Under the pieces are notes generated by a model. It was not told the origin of the DNA, ran no database searches, and saw nothing but the letters and a program-made list of their open reading frames with translations. Below, piece by piece: positions 35,197 to 45,000 of a DNA stretch of 64,000 nt (its first letter is position 1; every line of letters starts with the position of its first letter). This stretch comes from Ascoidea asiatica JCM 7603 (Eukaryota > Fungi > Ascomycota): the NCBI GenBank assembly GCA_001600695.1, contig BCKQ01000005.1, positions 591,542-655,541 of the forward strand, read 5' to 3'. A program made the translations under genes and the position numbers.

Positions 35197-36573
35197 ATGG
35201 CTCAGAAAACAACAATTGAATCAATTTCAATTGAAAATAAATCTGAAAAAATACAGAAAAATTTAAAATCTAAAGATTTAAAAAAATCTTCAATTAAAAA
35301 AAAAGAGAAAGATAATTCAAAAGATGTTTCAAAAATAATTAAAAATGATAATTTAATAGATGATATAATTGAAGGTAAAACTGATCAATTATTAAAAAAA
35401 AAACAAAATTTTCTTACTCGTACTTTTTGGACTTTTATAATGATTTTATCTTTTTTTGGAGTTTTATTAGCTGGTCATTTATGGGTAATTGTTGTTGTTC
35501 AAATTTTACAAATTTTAACTTTTAAAGAAGTTATTACAATTACTTCTGAACCTGCAAGATATAAAAAATTACCTTATAATAGATCTTTAAATTGGTATTT
35601 CTTAGCAACTTCTTTATATTATCTTGATGGTAAAACTTTAATTTATTATTTTAAACATATTTATTTATTTGGTAATTTATTTATAAATCCATTAGCAACT
35701 CATCATAAATTTATTTCTTATTGTTTATATACTTTAGGTATTGTATTTTTTGTTTGTGTTTTACAAAAAGGTTATTATAAATTTCAATTTGCTCAATTAT
35801 GTACAACTCATATGACTTTAATTTTAGTTGTTTTACAAGCTCATTTTATTATTAATAATATTTTAACTGCAATGTTTTGGTTTGTTTTACCTGTATCTTT
35901 AGTTATAACAAATGATATTTTTGCTTATATTTGTGGTATTACTTTTGGTAAAACAAAATTAATTGATATTTCTCCAAAAAAAACTTTAGAAGGTTTTTTA
36001 GGTGCTTGGTTTTTTACAATTGTTTTTGCTTTTTTCATAACTTCACTTTTATCTCCTTATAAATATTTTGTTTGTCCTGCAGAAGATTTATCAACAAATG
36101 TATTTTCTGGTTTAAATTGTGATTTAAATCCTGTATTCTTACCACAAGATTATAGAATTCCACCAATGATTGCTGAAGCTTTACATTATAATATTTTAAC
36201 AATTAAACCAATATATTTTCATGCAATAGTTTTAGCTACTTTTGCTTCTTTAATTGCTCCTTTTGGTGGCTTTTTTGCTTCGGGTTTAAAAAGAGCTTTT
36301 AAAGTTAAAGATTTTGGTGATACAATTCCTGGTCATGGTGGTATAACTGATAGAATGGATTGTCAATTTATTATGGGTTCATTTTCTTATTTATATTATG
36401 AAACTTTTATTTCAACTCATAAAATTAATGTTGCTTCAATTTTACAATTAACTGTTGTAAATTTAAATTCAACTCAAATTTTACAATTAATTGATGTATT
36501 ATTAAAATTTTTACATAAATCTGGTAAATTAGATATGGAAAAATATAATAAAATAACAAATTTACTTCTGTAA
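35197..36573 (+). CDS. CDS1: Phosphatidate cytidylyltransferase (CDP-DAG synthase)
   Basis: NDIFAYICGITFG, ISPKKTLEGFLG, ASGLKRAFKVKDFGDTIPGHGGITDRMDCQ. Confidence 0.97.
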   Translation: MAQKTTIESISIENKSEKIQKNLKSKDLKKSSIKKKEKDNSKDVSKIIKNDNLIDDIIEGKTDQLLKKKQNFLTRTFWTFIMILSFFGVLLAGHLWVIVVVQILQILTFKEVITITSEPARYKKLPYNRSLNWYFLATSLYYLDGKTLIYYFKHIYLFGNLFINPLATHHKFISYCLYTLGIVFFVCVLQKGYYKFQFAQLCTTHMTLILVVLQAHFIINNILTAMFWFVLPVSLVITNDIFAYICGITFGKTKLIDISPKKTLEGFLGAWFFTIVFAFFITSLLSPYKYFVCPAEDLSTNVFSGLNCDLNPVFLPQDYRIPPMIAEALHYNILTIKPIYFHAIVLATFASLIAPFGGFFASGLKRAFKVKDFGDTIPGHGGITDRMDCQFIMGSFSYLYYETFISTHKINVASILQLTVVNLNSTQILQLIDVLLKFLHKSGKLDMEKYNKITNLLL

Positions 36574-37226
36574 TTAATTCAATATTTTTAAAAAATTCAT
36601 TACTCGTTACTCATTACTCATATTACTCCTTATTCATTATTCATTATTCATTATTCATTATTCATTATTCATTCCTTATTTATTTTATAATAACTCAAGT
36701 CGTTCATTCAAAGAAAAAGTTTACTATAATAGATATAAAATATCTTCAATTTAATAATAATAATAATTCATTATCAATTCATTGCTGATTCATTATTGAT
36801 TCATAACATAATTTCATTAAATAATTTTTTAAATTTTTCTTATTCAATTCATTGATTAATTTAATATTTCAATATTTTACTATTTATAATCAATATTTGT
36901 AATAATATTTATATTTTCTCAACTTCAAATTAAAATGAAAGTTAATTTCTTTATTTATATAATCTTTTTCTTCTACTTTTACTTTCAATTTTACTTTACT
37001 CTACTTTACTTTACTTTCACTCTTAGTTAGTTAATTTTACTTTTAAAGATCATTGTTTTAATAATATATACCATTAGTTTCAAATAAGAATTTAACTGAA
37101 AGTTAATTAATTGTAAACAAATTAATCGAAATTAAATATTTTATTTTATTTTATTTTACTTTATTATATTATATTATTATTATTATAATTATTAATATTA
37201 AATACATTATTAAATTTTAAATAAAA

Positions 37227-38190
37227 TTATTTAGATTCAACAGCTTTTGGACCAGCAACACCAGTTTGAAAACCATTTTTAAATCTTCTTGAAACAAATT
37301 TCATATATCTCATACGACCAGTACCAGTTGTTCTTCTTCTTTTAGCTTTTGAACCCCAATTATAAGCTCTAATTTTTGCAGCTGGATAACCACAAGATGC
37401 ACATTCTTTAGTTTGAGTATTCAAAGAACGACGACCACAACGTCTACATAAAGTATGTGATTTATTATTACGTTTACCAAATGAAGGTGTACCTTCTATA
37501 GAAAATTTGTTAGAAAATCTTTACTTCTTTGAATTAATGTTTTTTTTTATTTATATCATTTTCCTCTTATTTATGATAAATATTTTAATATGATTTCCAT
37601 TCCAGTTTCATTGTAAATTAAAGTAAAATTATATGTGCTCCATGGAAACTTTTGAAAAAAGAAAGTTCTTAATATATTCATATAATCAAAATAGATTAGA
37701 TAATTTATTTTTAGTGTCAATATAGTAAAGTCTTTAAAATAGCTTATTACTCTTTTTTCTTCAATATGTCGTTTTAAAATTTAAGAATTTTAACTGAATA
37801 ACTATTTCTTTTAAGATTTAACTTCAATTTCCTTTTATTTTATGTAGATTACAGGATATAAATTATTCGTATAATAAAGGCCTTTATAATATGATACAAT
37901 AATTTGCTTAAGAGCTAAGTTTTGACTATTAATACTGCGATTTACTTTTTCTTGATACTTATTCAGTTTATTTACTTCATTTCTTCAAATATATTAAGGA
38001 ACATTTCTTTTCAATTACTAAGTTAATTCCCAGTTTAATACTTGATTCTTTCGAAGATGATGAATAGTTTGAATTTCTTTTTGGATAATTGAATAAATCG
38101 GGAGCACATTTCAAATTATTTACTTTACACTGGAATCATTGGAATCATTGGAATCATTTGAACATTTCTTTAAATCTACTTACTAGACAT
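37227..38190 (-). CDS. RPL37: 60S ribosomal protein eL37; exon 1 38190-38184 (ATGTCTA), exon 2 37495-37227
   Basis: Spliced [26 protein letters not shown]...[10 protein letters not shown]...[13 protein letters not shown]. Confidence 0.95.
37496..38183 (-). other. RPL37 intron (688 nt, phase 1)
   Basis: GTAAGT donor, TTCTAAC branch 37515-37509, TAG acceptor. Confidence 0.9.
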
Positions 38191-38319
38191 TTTGAATTAT
38201 TATTATTTTATTGATAAGGTTAATATTATCTACGTCTGGAAATACAATAATTATTTATCAATATATTAACATTTGTATTTCAATATTGTATTCCATTAAG
38301 AATTTCACTTTTGACGATT

Positions 38320-38560
38320 TGCTTTGGTGAAACCTTTCGCAGAAGAGAGCCCTGAGGGCAGTAGTTCAAATCGACTGAGCAAAAAGACTAAGAACCAAGG
38401 CCTCAGACAGTGCAAGCTTTCCACTGAGCAACGGCAGCAAAGCGAAGGTTTTTAGGCAGTGATCCCAAGGACCGAGCCTGTTAGAGTTACCCTGTAGTGA
38501 TTATTAAAAGAAAGCAGTCACACATACGTACATAGTAATTTAATAAATGTTCACGTGATA
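38320..38560 (-). promoter_or_regulatory. RPL37 promoter with Homol-D box CAGTCACA (38515-38522), Cbf1-type TCACGTGAT (about 38551-38559) and IFHL-like TAGGCAG (about 38453)
   Basis: Motif matches read directly; locally GC-enriched. Confidence 0.5.
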
Positions 38561-39217
38561 AAATAAAAAAACAATCAAAGTGTAAGATATTAATGGTTAC
38601 TAGCACTGGTCTACTAAATATTCCAGAGCCCTACTTTTGGACACTCTTAAATTATGCGCGAAAAGTACACATAATGCTTGCAAAATAATAATCTGCGCAA
38701 TACCTCAATCGGGAACAGTTCCATTGATCTGGTCTCAAATCCCAAATCGACGAGAGAAGATGAGTTTGGGGCAAAGAAGGTGCAAATGGTGTCCAAGGTG
38801 CAAATGATGAACAAACACAGAAAAATTTAAAAAAAATAAAAGAGAAACGGCTTTTCTTTTACTTCATATGAATTTCCAATAATTTGTCAAAATATTCTTA
38901 GTAGATTTCTATACCCAAGTTATCTTTGATATTAGTACGAATTGTAAAAAAAGATTATTCTTGAAAATTATAAAACGTTTATTATATATAGAATAGAAAG
39001 AAATTATCTTTATTACAAAGTGGAAGGCTTAGAAACCCTTGAGTTTCCAAAATTGCTTCTTATTTTGTTAGTAAACTATTATGACAATATTTCCCATCAA
39101 ACCCATTTCAGACAAATTATTCTTCTTTCATTAAAGGGAATTAAACATTAAAGAATAATTACCAATTTACTGATTCTATTACAAGTATTGATTTAATCCT
39201 TTTCAAATAATATTGAC

Positions 39218-40042
39218 TCAAAATTCTACAATTTTATTAGGAAAATATTCATCAATAAGTTCAGTGTAATAATCCTTATACTTTTCTATTGGATAATCTC
39301 CATCATCACTTTTAGAATATAAATCATATGGATTAAATTCTTTAACTGCTTTTATCATTTCTTTGTCTTCATTACTCATTAAATACGAATAAGCGCCTTC
39401 TCTATGAATTGGATAACAAGAATGATATCTAATCATTGCTAATCCTTCTTTTGGAATAGTTGAATGAAGTTTAGCAATATGATACATATATTCATCATGT
39501 CCCCAACTTAACATAACTTTATCTAATCCACAATTTTTAGAATAAATACCATATTTTGTTGAATAAATTGGATGATGATTATCTGAATTATTCTCAAAAT
39601 ATTCATAAAATATAATTTTTTTTGAAAATTTACAACCAACTGGAAATGTATCTCCAACAACATCCCATTGTCCTTTTGAATCAAAAAAATATAAAAGCTT
39701 ACCTAAATCATGAATTAATCCAACTAATTGCATCCAACGAGGTTTATTATCTTTTCTTATAGCTTCTGCGGTTTGTAAAGCATGATGAATTTGTGATAAT
39801 GTAGTATCTGGATCTGATTCATCAATTAAATCTGATAATTTAATTAATGCATCCCAAATTGAAATTTTTAATCGAACACAACTTTTAAAATTAACTCTAG
39901 CTTGAATATTATATGCTAACGTTTGATTCTCATGTTGTTCTTTATAAAAATTCTTCACCTTCGAACAAGCTTGTTGATATTGACGAAACGATTTTGATGC
40001 ATTAACACATTGAATATCCTCATCTAACTGATTAAAATCCAT
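39218..40042 (-). CDS. MIOX: myo-Inositol oxygenase
   Basis: IDESDPD, HALQTAEAIR, GLIHDLGK, QWDVVGDTFPVGC, SWGHDEY, FNPYDLYSK. Confidence 0.95.
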   Translation of the reverse strand: MDFNQLDEDIQCVNASKSFRQYQQACSKVKNFYKEQHENQTLAYNIQARVNFKSCVRLKISIWDALIKLSDLIDESDPDTTLSQIHHALQTAEAIRKDNKPRWMQLVGLIHDLGKLLYFFDSKGQWDVVGDTFPVGCKFSKKIIFYEYFENNSDNHHPIYSTKYGIYSKNCGLDKVMLSWGHDEYMYHIAKLHSTIPKEGLAMIRYHSCYPIHREGAYSYLMSNEDKEMIKAVKEFNPYDLYSKSDDGDYPIEKYKDYYTELIDEYFPNKIVEF

Positions 40043-40530
40043 TAAAATTTAATTTTTTTTGCAAAATTGAAACGTTATTTTTATACTGTATATAATGAAT
40101 ATATTATATGTATATGCATATACATAAAGAGATGAATAATCTCAACTTTCAATCTTCCATAAACACTATTCACTTGTTTTCACTTATTTTACTTTATTTG
40201 GTTTTATTATTTGAGCTGATTTAATTTTAATTAATATTATCATGTCACTTTCATTTTTGTTTTCAATTTTAATAAAACTCTCATAATTGATAAGTTTGAG
40301 CTTTTTTGATAAAAAAGCAAACACGGTAGGCAGGGTTAAACAAAAAAATTAAGGTTAAATACTTTGTTAACGAAGCGTACTTTAAAATTTACATTTGATA
40401 TATTTTTTTAGGCTTCATTTATTACAAAATAGTTTGTGAACAGTTGAAACATTACTTCTAAATCATTAAGAGTCTTTTGGAACATTCAAAAGTTTCATCG
40501 ATAAGAAACTCTAAATGAGAAAATGTTAGA

Positions 40531-41874
40531 ATGATTTCCAATGCTTTTAAATTGCAGTTTAGAATTAGTTGCCGAATACCACTATATAATTCAATTAGAA
40601 ATTTTGCTGATTATAATAATACCAATTTATATTCATTAAAAAAAAGATGGGATTATGACTTCAATTATATTCTCAGTAAAAATTCATTTAAAGCCCAGAA
40701 GAAACGTTTACTTATTTATAAATTACTAATCAATGCAATCAAAGAGAGTAAAGTGATAGAAAGAAACTTAGTGAATTCTCAAAGTGTTGCAATAATTGAT
40801 CAAACGAAAAATTCATCTGATTATCAATTATTAAAATTATTCAGTAAGAATAATCAAAATGGTGAAACTGCAGAAAAACTTTTAATGGGATTTTTAACAA
40901 GTAATGATATTATAGTTTCGTTCATAACTAATAAAACTTCAGATATCATGAAAGAATTTTTATTAGAAAAACCAATTCCAAAAAATAAAAATATTGTGAA
41001 AATAATGCAAATTTATTCAGATAATATTATAAGAAATAATGAAAAAGTAGATAAAAGTCTTATTTCTCTTTCTCTAAAACAAATCTTAAAAAATGAAAAA
41101 TCAACAGCAAAGGATAATTTTCTTACTTCTTTTGATTTAATAGATATTTTCTATGCAAAAAGTTCAAACTATATTAAAAATTATAAAAAAAGATATTTTT
41201 TGAAAAAAACATTGCAAACTTTTGTAATTTTAATTCCAATGTTACCTATATTCTATTTTATTTCACAATCTTCAATAGCTTTTAACTTAACAGTTATGTT
41301 CTTTGTTTATTTCCTAAACATATCCTTTTTAAGTTTTCTTTCATTTTTATCATTATCCAATCCTTCAATGAAAATTAAATGGAGATCTGGAGTAGGCTTA
41401 TTCCATAGACTAATTCAAAAAAATGAAATAATTATGATTCACAAAGTTCTAACATTTTTTGAAGAATTCTATGATTTAAATGTTAATAACTATCATTTAA
41501 TTCATTCTTTAGTTCAAAATCAAAATTCTTCGGGATTGAAATCATTATCTAATTTCAAAGACAATAGTAATTCTAATATTCAGTATTTTTTAAATAACAA
41601 CTCTAAAGATTTAGAAATTGATACCTTCAAACAAGAATTACTTCAATTTTTTTACAAAACCTTGAGAGAAAGAAGAATGTATTTAGAAGAAAGTGAAAAT
41701 GAACTTTTATTTCTAGAATATTGGATCACTAGAGGTCAAAACCTTGAATGGGTTGAGCCAGATCAAGATCCAGCAGAAATTTTGATTTTGGAAAATCATT
41801 CTAATACTGATACAAAAAGAATTATACCCCTAAAAGATAAAGTTTTTACAAAACAATTCCATTCAAATGGTTAA
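40531..41874 (+). CDS. Uncharacterised protein, probably mitochondrial membrane (presequence-like N-terminus, two hydrophobic helices)
   Basis: 447-aa ORF; Arg/Ser-rich acid-free N-terminus; TM-like FVILIPMLPIFYFI and FNLTVMFFVYFLNISFLSFL; C-terminal EYWITRGQNLEWVEPDQDPAE. Confidence 0.7.
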   Translation: MISNAFKLQFRISCRIPLYNSIRNFADYNNTNLYSLKKRWDYDFNYILSKNSFKAQKKRLLIYKLLINAIKESKVIERNLVNSQSVAIIDQTKNSSDYQLLKLFSKNNQNGETAEKLLMGFLTSNDIIVSFITNKTSDIMKEFLLEKPIPKNKNIVKIMQIYSDNIIRNNEKVDKSLISLSLKQILKNEKSTAKDNFLTSFDLIDIFYAKSSNYIKNYKKRYFLKKTLQTFVILIPMLPIFYFISQSSIAFNLTVMFFVYFLNISFLSFLSFLSLSNPSMKIKWRSGVGLFHRLIQKNEIIMIHKVLTFFEEFYDLNVNNYHLIHSLVQNQNSSGLKSLSNFKDNSNSNIQYFLNNNSKDLEIDTFKQELLQFFYKTLRERRMYLEESENELLFLEYWITRGQNLEWVEPDQDPAEILILENHSNTDTKRIIPLKDKVFTKQFHSNG

Positions 41875-42036
41875 ATATACAAATACAATGTTTATATTCT
41901 TGTTCTACATTAACACAGGGGAAGACTCAAATAAAGAAGAAAACCTTCATGTGAATGGGTGGTAAATATGTTGAAAAATGATAAAATTAATTTTTGACCC
42001 TAACTTTGATATATACAAAAATCAATTAGGATGCCT

Positions 42037-45000
42037 TCAAAATCCATTGTTTCTATAATAAGCATTATTTCTGTTATAATTACCTCTATAATGATTATTC
42101 TCATATCTGTTTTTTCTATTGGTAACATCATTTTTTGATGCGTTTTTACTGTCATTAGAATTGGGTGTGCTAGCGCTTGGTTTCGTCGGTGCTCCTAAAG
42201 GAATTGCTCTCTCAACTACCTTATTGGAAATGTCTTTTGGTGCAGTCGGCAATTTTTTATTAATTAGTGGCTCGCTCTTCTTCAAATCTGCTGGTATATT
42301 ACTTTTCGAGGCTTCCGACAATTTTTTTTCTGTCACTGAATTTTCTTTGCCTATTACATTAGGCTTAGTCTTTTTTGAGCTATTTTTGTTTGCTTGATCT
42401 TCTGTAGCTGCTCTTTTTGTAGGAATTTTCAAGTCCCTTTTGCTTTTATCAACAGTTTGAGCCATGACATCTGGAAATTTCCTTGGTGCATGATTATCTC
42501 TTGAGTCTTTTTGCCCAAGTGGAGCTCTTGGTATTGGTAAAGGGGTTTTTGGTCCTGTTGGTATAGTTGCAGTTATTTCTGGTTTTGATTTTTTCTTTTT
42601 TAATAGAACTCTCTTCTGGCTTATCAAAGCCTCTTGAGATTTTCTATCTCTTCTAGCTCTCTGCCTCTGTTCATCTGTCTCGGACATTTCATAGAAATTC
42701 CACATAGAAACCCATTTTTGAGATCGAGATTTTGTTAAACCAACTAGAGCACTAGCAGACAATTGAATATCTTTTCTTGAATCTTTTTTTGAAATTTCTT
42801 CCATTGTTTCCAAAAGTTTTTCACAATGATCTTCTATAGTTGGATATACAGTTATAACATTCTTAAGATAAGTAATAGTATTACGGCGATACATATAATC
42901 CTCGGTTTCAAGTGCTGAAAGAATATCGTTTAATGCCAGGGAATGAAATTCAAAAAGTGTTTTTAGAAATTCTTTATGAGACACAAATGTAGATTCATGA
43001 AAACATTTTAATTTAGAGAATTCTTTCTCAAAAATGGTGGCATCTCTCCAACCATTTAATTTTTCAAAAATATAAGAGTAGAATATTCCAAAATTTTCAG
43101 CTTCATCAGGTGTAAAAGTAAATAAAGAACAAGATATAATTCCTTTGAAAAGCAATCTTATAATTGAGAAAAAAACTTTTTTAAATCCAAGAGAAAGTAA
43201 TAGGATAACAAATTTAGCAGAGAACAATGCATCAACTGAAGAATGTATACTTCTAGGAAGGATACAATGTTCCATAAATAAATTCACTTTTTCAGAGAAA
43301 TTTTCTTCTGATATATTAGCTTCTCCAAACCAATAATCATTTTCTTTTCGTATTCTTTTCATTGATACGTTATAATGAGACATATGATTTTTGGTATCAA
43401 ATGGAAACTGTTTCAAAATCTTTTCATATTCAAGTTTCAATTTCTTTTTTCCTTCCACAATTTCAGTATTTATTTCGTTGTCATTAATCAGATTTGAAAT
43501 ATCATCTTTTAAACCAGAAATTAATTCTTTTATATTTTTTTCTTCGCTTGAATATTTTTCTTCTGAAAAGTCAATATCGTATAAAGATAATTGCCAGAAC
43601 GAAACATATAGTCCTGAACTCATTACTTTCCAGTTTATTGAAATAGATTTTTCAATTTCACTCATAATTGGCTCTAAAGTTTTGGTCCATGGATTATCTG
43701 ACATAGAGTTCTCATCTTCTTCTATTTCCTTTCGTATATCCTTTGAAAGAGTATTTCTCCATAATTCAAAAGCCCATTCAATAGTGACACCATATTTCGA
43801 TACCAAAATAGGTAATGATAAAACATTTTCTTTAATTTGATTTGAAGAAAGAAAATAGTTAATTGCAGTCAAGAAACTATGAAGTAAGGAGCTTGTTTCA
43901 TCATTACGACTAGCCAAAATTTTGTAATGCAAGTTTTCATTTTCAAAAATTTGCTTTTGATGATAGTTGCAAAGCAAGACAAAAAGCTCGCTAAGAGCAT
44001 TTAGTTCAATTAGATTACTTAATAACCTCAATCCAGACTTTTTGCAAGAAATTCTTGTATCTTGAATATTACTGAAGACAACATTTTGAAGTGAAGGTCC
44101 ACATCCTATATAATCAATTTGTTTCACAGTAAGATTAGATATATGTCTTATTCCTGTCATATTGTTTACCATTTCTTTGAATATTGCATTACCAATGCTA
44201 TCACCTGAATGAAGTTTTTTCAAGATAAATATGTATAATGTTTTTAAATCCATTTTATCAAATCGTTGACAAAGTTTTCCAATAAACATTACTAATGATT
44301 GAAGCCATTGTCTTTCATGTATACCGTCATCTTGAATTAAGTTTCTGTCAGAAGTTAATCTAGTTAATAAAACAAAACTTAAAACATCAAACCCATAATT
44401 AGTAAAATATCGAGCAGAATCGACAATTAATTCTATTAAATTATCATAACTTTCAATTTGTGTTACAATAACTTCAAGACATGGAAAAGGATTTGCAAAA
44501 GAAATTTTAGCTAATCTTCTCATCATCGGATGGAAATTTGTTTTTGATAAACGTTTTAAAACGTCTTTTGTTTCTTTTTCTGCAGAACTAGATGCAATTT
44601 TTATATCATAATCTTTTTTTCTTAGATTGGTTTGCATTCCACCATATAAGTTAAACCTTTTCTCAAGAGGAAAATTTGCCATGAGTTTATACATTTCTTG
44701 AATTGTACATGGATTTTCTTTTAATAATGGCATTGTAGGGAATAAGAATTTTTTAAAATATTCTAACCAATTATTGAGTTTTGTATCTTTTTCATCAGGT
44801 TGAGAATTTTCAAGGTCATATAATCCAATTCTAATAATTTTACTTATAAGTTCAGGATCTTTATGTAAATCAGAACCAGAAAATATTAAAAATTCTTTAG
44901 ATACTTTAACTAATTCATCAACTGAAGTAATTTGAGGTAAATTTTCATTCCATTGATGATAAAAATAAAGAAATTTTTTATTTGTATGAGATTTTTGTAA

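Noticed and set aside
38320-38385. tRNA-like T-arm (GTTCAAATC in a short stem)
   Set aside because: Too short; no D-arm, anticodon arm or proper acceptor stem
39055-39165. TACTAAC on the minus strand downstream of MIOX suggesting a 3'-UTR intron
   Set aside because: Only a weak GTAATT donor; the 7-mer is expected by chance several times in this AT-rich window
35197-40042. CDS1 and MIOX as an inositol-lipid gene cluster
   Set aside because: Separated by RPL37 and no shared regulatory motif seen; proximity alone is insufficient
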